Below, in pieces: positions 8,889 through 18,168 of a DNA stretch of 64,000 bases. The notes under the pieces are model-generated. The model was not told the DNA's origin. It did not search any database and saw nothing but the letters and a program-made list of their open reading frames with translations. Source of the stretch: an uncultured Saprospiraceae bacterium (GTDB lineage: Bacteria; Bacteroidota; Bacteroidia; Chitinophagales; Saprospiraceae); contig CAYRDX010000009.1 in the NCBI GenBank assembly GCA_964423205.1, positions 6,535 through 70,534 of the forward strand, in the 5' to 3' direction. Both the position numbers and the translations under genes were made by a program. The first letter of the stretch is position 1, and each line of letters opens with the position of its first letter.

Positions 8889-9764
8889 ATGGAACAGCAT
8901 AAGCCAAATAAAAAGAAGACAGGGCCAAAGAAGCCTTTTCAACAATTCAAGCGCTCACCTTCTTCTCTCAGCAGGCCAGATACTACTCCTTTTTCCAGGA
9001 GGCCAAAAAAGGTAATTGAAAAAACCCAGGCTCAGGAAGAATCGCAAGGACCGGAACTGATGCGACTAAATAAGTACATAGCCCATAGTGGAGTGTGCGC
9101 ACGCCGTCAGGCCGCAGAATTTGTGAAGGCTGGCAAAGTAACAGTAAACGGGGCTATTGAAATCAATCCTGGATATGTTGTTCAACCCGGCGACAAGGTG
9201 GCACTAAAAGGACAGCTTCTCAGAGTTGAGGAGAAAAGAGTTTACTTGTTAATGAACAAACCAAAAAATGTCATCACGACTGCAAGTGATGAAAGAGGAA
9301 GGAGAACTGTTTTGGATTTGGTTGGTAGAAAGGTAAAAGAACGGATTTTCCCCGTTGGGCGTTTGGACCGCATGACTACTGGCTTGCTGCTCTTGACCAA
9401 CGATGGTGAATTGGCTCAAAAGCTGTCTCATCCCAGTTATAAAGTCAGGAAATTTTACCACGTCACCCTCGATAAGAGCGTGTCACAGGCTGATTTGGAT
9501 AAAATCAGAACAGGAATAGAATTGGAGGATGGTATTGCAAAGGTTGACGGTGCAGACTACGTCGAAGGTGTAAAAAAAGAAGTTGGCATCGAATTGTATC
9601 TTGGAAAGAACCGCATCATTCGCCGCATCTTTGAATCATTAGGTTACGAAGTAATCAAACTGGACAGGACTTATTATGCCGGATTAACCAAGAAAGATAT
9701 TGGTCGTGGCCGCTTCCGCCACCTCACCGAACAAGAGGTGATTATGTTGAAGCATTTCAGTTGA
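8889..9764 (+). CDS. rRNA pseudouridine synthase (RsuA/RluB family) with S4 domain and a basic N-terminal extension
   Basis: MRLNKYIAHSGVCARRQA (S4) and GRLDRMTTGLLLLTNDG (catalytic Asp motif). Confidence 0.85.
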   Translation: MEQHKPNKKKTGPKKPFQQFKRSPSSLSRPDTTPFSRRPKKVIEKTQAQEESQGPELMRLNKYIAHSGVCARRQAAEFVKAGKVTVNGAIEINPGYVVQPGDKVALKGQLLRVEEKRVYLLMNKPKNVITTASDERGRRTVLDLVGRKVKERIFPVGRLDRMTTGLLLLTNDGELAQKLSHPSYKVRKFYHVTLDKSVSQADLDKIRTGIELEDGIAKVDGADYVEGVKKEVGIELYLGKNRIIRRIFESLGYEVIKLDRTYYAGLTKKDIGRGRFRHLTEQEVIMLKHFS

Positions 9765-9766
9765 AA

Positions 9767-9937
9767 GGATTGAAGGATTGAAGGACTGAGGGATAGAATG
9801 AAAGGAACAGATTTATCTCCGTGGTTCTTAGTGCTCTCCGATTCTCCGTGGTAAAAAATAAGGACTGAAGGATTGAATACCTGGCACAGCATTTTCTCTG
9901 TGGCCCTCCGTGCTCTCCGATTCTCCGTGGTAAAAAA
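9767..9937. repeat. tandemly duplicated ~79-bp unit carrying CTCCGTG heptads
   Basis: A perfect 28-nt direct repeat gtgctctccgattctccgtggtaaaaaa lies at 9831-9858 and 9910-9937. Each copy is preceded by aaggattgaagga words. The block sits between convergent genes. Confidence 0.85.
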
Positions 9938-9953
9938 AACTCGACCCTAAAAA

Positions 9954-11555
9954 TCACATCCAACTCCTGCTGTCTGTTTCCATCTTGTACAAAACGACAT
10001 CCTGCAATGCCAGGGCTTTTTCCAGCGGTACAAAAGGAATGCTGACAGCACCCGCTGCCGTAAAAATATCGACATGGGTGAGCCCCTTGCGGTCGAGAAA
10101 CCAATTAGACCTCAGACCAATTGCCTGTACCTTGTACCATTGCATCAGAACAGTCCTGTGATTGAAAACTCCCCAACTTATGCGTATGCAATCTTCGCTA
10201 ACCTGCCAGAGCCAGTTTTGGTGGTATTTTTTACTGATTAAATACGCAAAAGGCAACCAGAACAGCCAAATCAGAATTCCCGACTGCAACCATGACCAGG
10301 TCAGTGCCATGAGTATTCCCACTGGAATGAATCCACTGACAATCATCTGTCTGTAAATAATCCGGTTGTTGATACCATGGTCATTCATTAGCTGTTCGCT
10401 TTCTTCGGGAAACCATGTTTGTCTGATGGCGTCCAGGTTCTCTGCACGGCACCCGGGAAGACTTCCGGTGTTACTTCTGCCAACCTGCACACTTGCCGCC
10501 TGGGGCATTGCCACGCTGACCAGCCCAAAATACCTTTTTAGAGGATTGCTCTTCCACATCAGGTACTGGATTTTACGAAGGTTAACAGAGAATTCCTCTC
10601 TTGTGAACAGACCACTTTCAATTTTGAAACCCCTTTCAGTTCGCCAGAAATGCAGGTTAAAATACTTTAGCACCGTATTAAAGAGGGTCAATAAAAAGGA
10701 GACAATAAGGAAGACCGGAAGAGCCATTAAGATGTAATATCCAAAATTGATGGCTTGTTCCATGCCGAGCAGTTCTTCTACTTCTTCTGCGAGGTCAAAA
10801 CCCAACGCCTGCTCCAGGTCATCGAAAAATCCAATGAAGAAGGCCAGCATGATACCAGCCGTGCGCAGATGGTTTTGGCTGACGCCAATTTTCAGGAGGT
10901 CAACAGGACTCAGGTTAAAGATTAGTTCGTTGGGTTTCGGTTTTTCATAGTTACTATTGGAAGCAAACTTTCCCGAAGGCTCCATCACTTCGCCATGGTT
11001 TTCATAAACAGGGGATTGCTCCATCAGCTCTCCCTTTTCTACACCAAAACCGGATGTTTCCGGAGCAACATTGGCTTCAACGCTACTCCTGGTTTTTTGG
11101 CCCATCACATATTCCCTGAACTCAAGTGCCTGATTTTTACCAATCGCATGGAGGTGGAATTCCTTTTGTTTGGAGCCGGCAGTTTCAATTTCAATTTCCA
11201 CCACATCGAGAGCCTGATGCAGGATGCCCCGTTTCAAATTGACCGACTGGACACGGTCGAGTGGTACATTAATTTTGATTTTTCTGAGAATCCCTTTTTC
11301 GAGAATCAGTTCTCCCTGCCGGATATAAAAGTAGTACCTGAAGTAGGATATGACCGAACCGATGGCACCCAATACGGTCAGTGCAACAAACACCATTGTA
11401 AACCCATCGAAGAGGTTCCGTTTAGGATTAAACAGCACCACCAGTATGATAACCCAAAGCTGTTTCACCAAAATCCGGAAGTTGTCGCCGAGCAGAAAGA
11501 CGATGGCAGCAGGTGCTTGCCGTGTGGGGTGAGAGAAAGGTGTGTTTACAGTCAT
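9954..11555 (-). CDS. membrane protein with repeated bacterial PH (bPH_2/YdbT-like) domains
   Basis: About 530-aa ORF with alternating TM hairpins and repeated modules (ILEKGILRKIKINVPLDRVQSVNL; ESGLFTREEFSVNLRKIQ). The ATG at 11555 is preferred over the TTG at 11579. Confidence 0.7.
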   Translation of the reverse strand: MTVNTPFSHPTRQAPAAIVFLLGDNFRILVKQLWVIILVVLFNPKRNLFDGFTMVFVALTVLGAIGSVISYFRYYFYIRQGELILEKGILRKIKINVPLDRVQSVNLKRGILHQALDVVEIEIETAGSKQKEFHLHAIGKNQALEFREYVMGQKTRSSVEANVAPETSGFGVEKGELMEQSPVYENHGEVMEPSGKFASNSNYEKPKPNELIFNLSPVDLLKIGVSQNHLRTAGIMLAFFIGFFDDLEQALGFDLAEEVEELLGMEQAINFGYYILMALPVFLIVSFLLTLFNTVLKYFNLHFWRTERGFKIESGLFTREEFSVNLRKIQYLMWKSNPLKRYFGLVSVAMPQAASVQVGRSNTGSLPGCRAENLDAIRQTWFPEESEQLMNDHGINNRIIYRQMIVSGFIPVGILMALTWSWLQSGILIWLFWLPFAYLISKKYHQNWLWQVSEDCIRISWGVFNHRTVLMQWYKVQAIGLRSNWFLDRKGLTHVDIFTAAGAVSIPFVPLEKALALQDVVLYKMETDSRSWM

Positions 11556-11695
11556 TAGCTTTTGAATGGTTGAAGGCAACTAATCACAGAAGCTCAAATA
11601 TGCGGCATGTCGGCCGTTTCTCAAAATTCATTAATTTTCCGGGCTTTCTTTAACACCCTTAATTATGAGTAGGACATAATTGTAACAGAGCATCA

Positions 11696-12631
11696 ATGCA
11701 AATAAACAAAACCCTTATCGAACCCGGTCAAAATGAAGTGGTGCGTATGCTCGTAGGGCGGTTGCCCTCTGATACGCGCATTTACATGAATGTGCATGTT
11801 TACCGAAGCACAGAACCCGGGCCAGTGGCTCTGGTTATGGCGGGTGTTCATGGCGATGAAATCAACAGCGTTGAAATTGTCAGGAGAACCATTGCATCTG
11901 AGATGTTCACCCATCTGCAAAAAGGAAGCGCCATTGTTATACCGGTTTTGAACGTTTATGGCTTCAATAATTTTTCCAGGGATGTTCACGACGGTAAAGA
12001 CGTAAACCGAAGTTTTCCGGGCTCAGCCCGTGGCTCTTTGGCAGCTCGTGTAGCCAACCTTTTTACAAAAAACATATTGCCGATAATTGACTTTGGGGTC
12101 GATTTTCACACAGGCGGTAACAGCAATTACAATTATCCCCAGGTTCGATATTCCCGGCACCATAGTCCTTCCAGAGAATTGGCAGAGGCCTTTGCTGCTC
12201 CGTTTTCCATCGCCTCCAAACCCATTCCCAAATCACTTCGTAAGACGGCTCTGGATGCAGGCAAACCCATCATCGTATTTGAGGGTGGTGAAAACCTTCG
12301 CTTCGACGGACTGGCCATCGATAAAGGCCTGGCAGGGCTGCAAAGACTGTTAGTGTCCAAAGGCATGTTGGATGGGGTTCATACAACTGCGAAGACTGTC
12401 TATATTTCAGCTACCAGTTGGATGCGGGCCGCACGACCGGGCTTGTTCCGCTGGTGGAAACAGTCTGGACAACAAGTGCAAAAAGGTGAGCCAATCGCCG
12501 TCATCAATGACCCTTTCGGTCTGGAGGAAATCAGGGTTCTGGCGTCAAAAGATGGCTATATCATCGGCCACAACAACGCCACCATTGTTGGGCAGGGGGA
12601 TGCGCTGTTTCATATTGGGATGGGGGAGTGA
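11696..12631 (+). CDS. succinylglutamate desuccinylase/aspartoacylase family protein (M14-like)
   Basis: 311-aa ORF. AGVHGDEINS zinc-ligand motif and VPVLNVYGF, consistent with the AstE/AspA family. Confidence 0.75.
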   Translation: MQINKTLIEPGQNEVVRMLVGRLPSDTRIYMNVHVYRSTEPGPVALVMAGVHGDEINSVEIVRRTIASEMFTHLQKGSAIVIPVLNVYGFNNFSRDVHDGKDVNRSFPGSARGSLAARVANLFTKNILPIIDFGVDFHTGGNSNYNYPQVRYSRHHSPSRELAEAFAAPFSIASKPIPKSLRKTALDAGKPIIVFEGGENLRFDGLAIDKGLAGLQRLLVSKGMLDGVHTTAKTVYISATSWMRAARPGLFRWWKQSGQQVQKGEPIAVINDPFGLEEIRVLASKDGYIIGHNNATIVGQGDALFHIGMGE

Positions 12632-12854
12632 GAGTATCTATTCTCCGGCATAGACGCTGATCTTATTGCAAATCAGCGGGAAATATTATCAACAATGTAT
12701 TACCAATACGCAGTCGAATCCTGCCTCTGATTGTTGCTCCGACTAGATTTCAGTTCTATTCCACTCAATTTCATTTCAACTATTTTTTATCAATGCTACA
12801 ATTCCTCGCCCAGAATTCAATCTGACTAATTTCCCCAAAATGGCAGGCAATTTC

Positions 12855-12870
12855 CCCCGAGTACTCGGGG
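12855..12870. repeat. 16-bp perfect palindrome CCCCGAGTACTCGGGG, copy 2
   Basis: Identical to 814-829. It is flanked on both sides by the word caatttcc and lies 33 nt upstream of the ATG at 12904. Confidence 0.9.
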
Positions 12871-12903
12871 TCCAATTTCCAATTTCCTCCTACTTTTACC
12901 CCC

Positions 12904-13740
12904 ATGATCTTGCTCGGACAATACAACACACTCAAAGCGACCCGCCGCACTGACAACGGAATGTACCTTACCGATGAGGTTGAAAGCGGTGAAGTGCTCC
13001 TGCCCAACCGCTATGTGCCGGAAGAATTACGAGTGGGCGACGAAATCCGGGTTTTCATTTTCAAAGATTCAGAAGACAGGTTGACGGCCACAACAGCCAA
13101 GCCCCACATCGAACTGCATCAGTTTGCCTGCCTGCAGGTTGCAGAAGTCAATGATGCTGGGGCTTTTATAGACTGGGGACTGGAAAAAGACCTTCTTGTT
13201 CCATATAAAGAGCAGCCCGGCCGCATGAGAAAAGGGCAGTGGTACATGGTTTTCCTATACATCGATACGGAAACGGACAGATTGGTGGCGTCGGGCCGTT
13301 ATCAGCGTTATCTGCAAAAAGAAACCGCTAACCTGACGGAGGGCCAGGAGGTAGATTTGATTATTGATGACAAGACAGGGTTGGGTTATAACGTCATCAT
13401 CAATCACCTGTACCGCGGACTGGTTTACCACAATGAGGTTTTTCAAAAACTCAGGCGGGGAGACCAAATGAAAGGATTTATCAAAACAGTGCGGGAGGAT
13501 GGAAAGATAGATGTGAGCCTACAAAAACCTGGATTCAGAAGTATTGAACCCAATGCTTCGAAGATACTCGAGCTGTTGCGGGTCAACCACGGGTACCTTG
13601 GGTTAACTGATAAAAGCGATCCCGATGATATCGTTGAATTACTGGAGATGAGTAAAAAGACCTTCAAAAAAGCCATTGGGACGCTTTACAAACAGAGAAA
13701 AGTAAGACTGGAGGATGATGGCATTTATCTGAATGATTGA
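12904..13740 (+). CDS. S1-like RNA-binding protein (CvfB/YitL family)
   Basis: 278-aa ORF. GQYNTLKATRRTDNGMYL, repeated S1-like modules and a C-terminal winged-helix-like KTFKKAIGTLYKQRKV. Confidence 0.75.
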   Translation: MILLGQYNTLKATRRTDNGMYLTDEVESGEVLLPNRYVPEELRVGDEIRVFIFKDSEDRLTATTAKPHIELHQFACLQVAEVNDAGAFIDWGLEKDLLVPYKEQPGRMRKGQWYMVFLYIDTETDRLVASGRYQRYLQKETANLTEGQEVDLIIDDKTGLGYNVIINHLYRGLVYHNEVFQKLRRGDQMKGFIKTVREDGKIDVSLQKPGFRSIEPNASKILELLRVNHGYLGLTDKSDPDDIVELLEMSKKTFKKAIGTLYKQRKVRLEDDGIYLND

Positions 13741-13770
13741 TTAGTTTAGCCTTTGAGCGGATTTCAGTTG

Positions 13771-14658
13771 ATGCCGTTTGATATAAAACCTTTTATGAAG
13801 AAGAAATTACAAGAACTGAGAATCGATTTATCACCTAAAGACATCAAAATATTGGAAGACCTGAATGGATTGTATTCCATTCTGAAAAGCAATAATCTCG
13901 ACTCCAGAAAAATCCTCGATCACCTTCAATACGAAAGTGACCTTAAAGACCTGCAGATTGAGCTCGTCAAAATGCAACGCTGGTGCATTGAGAAAAACGA
14001 GCGCATTGTCATCATCTTTGAAGGCCGTGACGCTGCGGGTAAAGGAGGCTGCATCAAACGCTTTACCCAGTACCTGAGCCCAAGGGGAATGCGCGTGGTT
14101 GCACTTCCAAAACCCACCGATGTGGAAAGGGGACAATGGTATTTTCAGCGTTACATCAAAAACCTGCCTAATCCCGGTGAAATCGTTTTCTTCGACCGCA
14201 GTTGGTACAACCGGGCAGTAGTGGAACCTGTGAATGGTTTTTGCTCTGAAGAGGAGTACCGCAGGTTTATGTTTCAGGTTACTGCATTTGAAAATCTGCT
14301 GCATCAGGACAATTGCATACTCATCAAATTTTGGTTCGACATCTCCAAACAGGAACAGAAGAAGCGTTTTGAATCCAGAATAACCAATCCGCTGAAACAA
14401 TGGAAACAAAGCCCCGTCGATGCCAAAGCTCAGGAATTGTGGGATGAATACACCTACTACAAAAATGAGATGCTGAGCAAAACGCACACGCCCTTCAGTC
14501 CCTGGATTATCGTGAAAGGCGATGACAAAAAGAAAGCACGTCTGGAAGCTATTCGGTATGTCTTGTCAGAGATTCCTTATCCCAAAAAGAAAAAGACCCG
14601 CAACTTGCTGCACCCCGACCCATCTGTGGTGATGCGGTATATTGTGAATCTTGAGTAA
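13771..14658 (+). CDS. ppk2: polyphosphate kinase 2
   Basis: IVIIFEGRDAAGKGG (Walker A of PPK2), FDRSWYNR and PWIIVKGDDKKKARL. The ATG at 13771 is preferred over the TTG at 13753. Confidence 0.85.
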   Translation: MPFDIKPFMKKKLQELRIDLSPKDIKILEDLNGLYSILKSNNLDSRKILDHLQYESDLKDLQIELVKMQRWCIEKNERIVIIFEGRDAAGKGGCIKRFTQYLSPRGMRVVALPKPTDVERGQWYFQRYIKNLPNPGEIVFFDRSWYNRAVVEPVNGFCSEEEYRRFMFQVTAFENLLHQDNCILIKFWFDISKQEQKKRFESRITNPLKQWKQSPVDAKAQELWDEYTYYKNEMLSKTHTPFSPWIIVKGDDKKKARLEAIRYVLSEIPYPKKKKTRNLLHPDPSVVMRYIVNLE

Positions 14659-14824
14659 AATTGAGGTGATGAAGTGTTGAATGGAATAATGTGAGGATAT
14701 TTGAAAAGTAAATTTCTATTTTGAACTTTATTTTAAGCTTTACGAAGGTTAAACACTACCGCTATTCAATAGAAAATTATCTATTGATGGCACACCTTAT
14801 CTACTATTACACAATTGATTCTCC

Positions 14825-15754
14825 ATGAGTTACGAAGGTGAAATGCATAAGAAGTTGTGTATGCCTCGTAGACAAGAGGTGGAAATTGCGTTATTGAAAA
14901 CATTGTTCAAACACAATGGGACAATAAAAGAATTCGCATCTGGTGAGGACATAGTTGATGAATTAGCTGAATTGTTCTCATTGAATGAAGAACAAAGGGT
15001 AGCAGTATTAGAGCGGATTTATAAAAAGGAGAATCGTATTGTTAGAACACCTCTTTGGCACAGGCTACTGTATAGAGCTGCTGATTCATTGGCAAAAGAA
15101 AAGCTTGTATCTCGGCCAACTTCCACAGAAAAGATTACTGATAAAAAAGAGTGGATGCTTACAGAAGATGGGTATGAGAAGGCTATGAGAATTCTCAACA
15201 TACCGATTTACCAAAAAGACCTTCTTCCGGTCAAATCCTTTGAAGTTCAGAAATTTGTAAATAAACTAAAAGCAACCTCCAGCCCGGAAAATTACAATCC
15301 TATTGAATCGTCAAGCAAGAGAAAAAATTATACTAAACAGCTCTGTATTAGATCAAGGGGTTTTCGACAAGCAATTATTGAGTCCTATGATTTTAAATGC
15401 TCTGTCTGTGGGTTAAAGATAATGTCGCCCGATAATCGTATTTGGGAAGTTGAGGCTGCACACATTGTACCTCGCAGCTATTATGGGAGAGACGATATTT
15501 GGAATGGTATTGCCCTGTGCAGCTTACATCATTGGGCATTTGATGTTGGATGGTTTTCACTGACCAATGATTTCAGAGTCGTAGTTTCGTCAAGGTATTC
15601 AAACCAAGGTTTTGATATAGGCAAAATCGGCAATTTGAACTTTCTGAAGAATCCAGTAATTGAGAATAAGCCAATATCACTTCCTGAAATTGTCTCATTT
15701 TTTCCACATCTCAATTCCTTAAAATGGCATAGAGAAAACATTTTTTACAAATAA
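14825..15754 (+). CDS. HNH endonuclease with an Mrr_N-like winged-helix N-terminal domain (putative restriction/defence nuclease)
   Basis: The C-terminus CSVCGL...EAAHIVPRS...NGIALCSLHHWAFD is an HNH core. The N-terminus ALLKTLFKHNGTIKEF...ELAELFSLNEEQRVAVLERIYKKENRIVRTPLWHRLLYRAADSLAKEKLV resembles the Mrr N-terminal DNA-binding domain (from memory). The region is visibly more AT-rich than its flanks. Confidence 0.75.
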   Translation: MSYEGEMHKKLCMPRRQEVEIALLKTLFKHNGTIKEFASGEDIVDELAELFSLNEEQRVAVLERIYKKENRIVRTPLWHRLLYRAADSLAKEKLVSRPTSTEKITDKKEWMLTEDGYEKAMRILNIPIYQKDLLPVKSFEVQKFVNKLKATSSPENYNPIESSSKRKNYTKQLCIRSRGFRQAIIESYDFKCSVCGLKIMSPDNRIWEVEAAHIVPRSYYGRDDIWNGIALCSLHHWAFDVGWFSLTNDFRVVVSSRYSNQGFDIGKIGNLNFLKNPVIENKPISLPEIVSFFPHLNSLKWHRENIFYK

Positions 15755-15949
15755 ATCAACATATAGAAGAAGAACCTTTTTATGAACTTATTGATGAAGA
15801 TATTCAAACAGTTGCCCAGGATACTCTTGACAGGAGATTAACCGATGAAGAAATTTCCATGATTAAAGACGAAATCATTGAAAGAATGCCGTGGTACGAT
15901 ATAATTGAATCAGTAATTATGGAATTTATCGAGGATGCCATAGAAGAGG

Positions 15950-16314
15950 ATGAAGTCAGATTTTGCTAATGCAAAGAGGGCATTGCGAACAAGTAATTCT
16001 GGTCTTATTGTTACGGCAGTGAACGGATGTTGTTATGGCCGGGATAACAAACCCGATAAAGGAGAATATTTTAAATATTGCGGTCAGACTTTCTGGGAGT
16101 TCTGAGCGGAAACGCATCGCTTTACACTGAAATTATCGAGCCTCTTGGCTTCAAAGCCAAAGAACAGAATGAAGAGTATCAGAAGGCATATTCTCAAATA
16201 GTTAACAGATTCACCTTGAGTTTTGGTCAGAAATTTTGTCTGCCAGATGGTGCAATCAATTGGGAGCTGATCGTAAAATTTAACTCTTCCAAAGGTCGAA
16301 GTTGGAAGATCTAA
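15950..16314 (+). pseudogene. frameshifted ORF of unknown family (two abutting reading frames)
   Basis: ATG 15950 gives MKSDFANAKRALRTSNSGLIVTAVNGCCYGRDNKPDKGEYFKYCGQTFWEF and stops at 16103. The text continues sensibly in the -1 frame as LSGNASLYTEIIEPLGFKAKEQ... up to 16314 (track ORF 16078..16314). Confidence 0.4.
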
Positions 16315-16341
16315 ATTTCATTCTATCGTCCTTGTCCCGCC

Positions 16342-18132
16342 CTACATACTGATCTCCTCCTCACCGCTGTCTTCCTGATGGTTGTTGTTGAAAATGGTAT
16401 CGCTGTCGATATAGAGCAATTCGGCGGCATTGATGAGATGCCGGGAAATGCGAGCCACGGCGTCGCTGTCGTTGGCGAGGGAAGTAGCCATTTCGCTGCT
16501 GATGTGGCCGGAACGGATGAGTTTATCGAGGCTGCCGTCCACGAGCACATCGCTCTTTTCAGCCTTCAATCTCAGTTTATTCAGTCGGTCCAGGTGTGCC
16601 TCGGGGTAGTTGTCTTTTCGCGTCAGGTAAAGTTCCCGCAACACCTTTGAAATTTTCTTGCGCAATTTGTCGTACTCCTTTCTGATGAATTCGTTGTCGG
16701 ATACCATAAACTTGCCAACATTGGCATGCAAACCCCGAACATTTTTGATGGCTTCCACAATGTTGCGATTAGCCTGTTTGATGCGGGCAACAGCAGCCAC
16801 GTCCTTTGCACCGATGTTTTTCTGCTGTATCAGCGAGGCGTATTCGATGATTTTACTGTAAATCACTTTCACCTTTTTGTAGTACAATTCATCCACATCG
16901 ATATTCATCTTTTCTCTGGAACTCTTCACCAGTTCACCGATTTTACGGTCCGACTTGATGTCTTCACGATGTAGGTGCAATCCGTGAGCTACAATTTCAA
17001 AAGTCGCGTTTTTGAAAAGGTATTTTGATTCTTTGGTCAATGCCTCGATAGCTGCAGCTGGGTAATCCAGCGACAATTTGTTGAGGTGTTTGGGATATTC
17101 GATGCCCGGGTCAGGTTTTTCCTTGATATACTGTTCCAGCTTTCGGGCCAAAAGGCTCGTAAACGGCAAAAGCAACAGCACGCCAACGACATTGAAAATA
17201 GTATGGAATATCGACAGCTTCAAAGTGTAGTTCGAAGCTTTGATGCCAGTTTCAAAGGCTATGAAGTCCACGATGTTGATCATAAAATGTATGAAAAGAA
17301 CAGCCACAACTCCCGTTACGAAATTGAAAATCAGGTGGGCAACAGCTAATCGTTTACCTGCGATATTGGCTCCCAAAGAACCCAAAATGGCTGTAATGGT
17401 GGTACCGATATTAGCACCGATGGCCACTGCAATAGCATTGATGTAAGTGATGTGGCCTGCGGCCAATGCAGTCAGTATCAAAGCCAGTGAAGCACTGCTC
17501 GATTGCAGGATAACGGTAATGAAAATGCCAACGGCAACATAAACTACAATACCGGTAATACCTGGCATGGCATAAGCAGCCAGGTCCAGCTCAGATTCAA
17601 TAGCTGCAAAGCCCTCTTTCATGTAATGGATACCCAGGAAAAACATACCAAGGCCGGTTAACACATTACCTGCGCCTTTCAGAGTTTTGGCTTTTTGAAA
17701 AACCAGCAGAATGCCAAATGCCAGCATGGGCATGGCCAAGGCCGATATTTTGAAGGTCAGTCCGAACGCAGATACTAACCATGCTGTGGCTGTGGTGCCG
17801 ATATTGGCTCCATAAATGACTCCGATACCCGATTTCAGGCTCATCAGGCCGGCGCTAAGAAAAGAGATGACGACAATGGAAATCAGTGAAGATGACTGGA
17901 GCAGTGCAGTAGCAACACCCCCAACTGTTATTCCCTTATACAACTTGTCAGTGGAGGCCCTGATGATTTTTTCCAAAGGGCCATCTGTGAAAGAGCGGAA
18001 TCCTTCCTCCAAAAGCATCATCCCGAGCAGAAGAATAGCAACACCGGCAGCAATTTCATTAAACACAGGACTGGCCCAGAAAGCATAAGCCAAGGCTAAC
18101 ACCAATACAGGTAATATCAGTTTTCTAAGCAT
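16342..18132 (-). CDS. Na/Pi cotransporter family protein with a C-terminal PhoU-like region
   Basis: 596-aa ORF with duplicated GANIGTT motifs (GANIGTTATAW, GANIGTTITAI), multiple TM helices and a helical C-terminal half. Confidence 0.85.
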   Translation of the reverse strand: MLRKLILPVLVLALAYAFWASPVFNEIAAGVAILLLGMMLLEEGFRSFTDGPLEKIIRASTDKLYKGITVGGVATALLQSSSLISIVVISFLSAGLMSLKSGIGVIYGANIGTTATAWLVSAFGLTFKISALAMPMLAFGILLVFQKAKTLKGAGNVLTGLGMFFLGIHYMKEGFAAIESELDLAAYAMPGITGIVVYVAVGIFITVILQSSSASLALILTALAAGHITYINAIAVAIGANIGTTITAILGSLGANIAGKRLAVAHLIFNFVTGVVAVLFIHFMINIVDFIAFETGIKASNYTLKLSIFHTIFNVVGVLLLLPFTSLLARKLEQYIKEKPDPGIEYPKHLNKLSLDYPAAAIEALTKESKYLFKNATFEIVAHGLHLHREDIKSDRKIGELVKSSREKMNIDVDELYYKKVKVIYSKIIEYASLIQQKNIGAKDVAAVARIKQANRNIVEAIKNVRGLHANVGKFMVSDNEFIRKEYDKLRKKISKVLRELYLTRKDNYPEAHLDRLNKLRLKAEKSDVLVDGSLDKLIRSGHISSEMATSLANDSDAVARISRHLINAAELLYIDSDTIFNNNHQEDSGEEEISM

Positions 18133-18168
18133 CGATTTTCGTTGTTCTTTTGGTTTTTAGCTTTGGGA

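Noticed and set aside
12655-12678. Hairpin cgctgat cttattgcaa atcagcg after the AstE/AspA-family gene as a terminator
   Set aside because: The stem is 7 bp with no following T-run. It is below what I would report as a feature.
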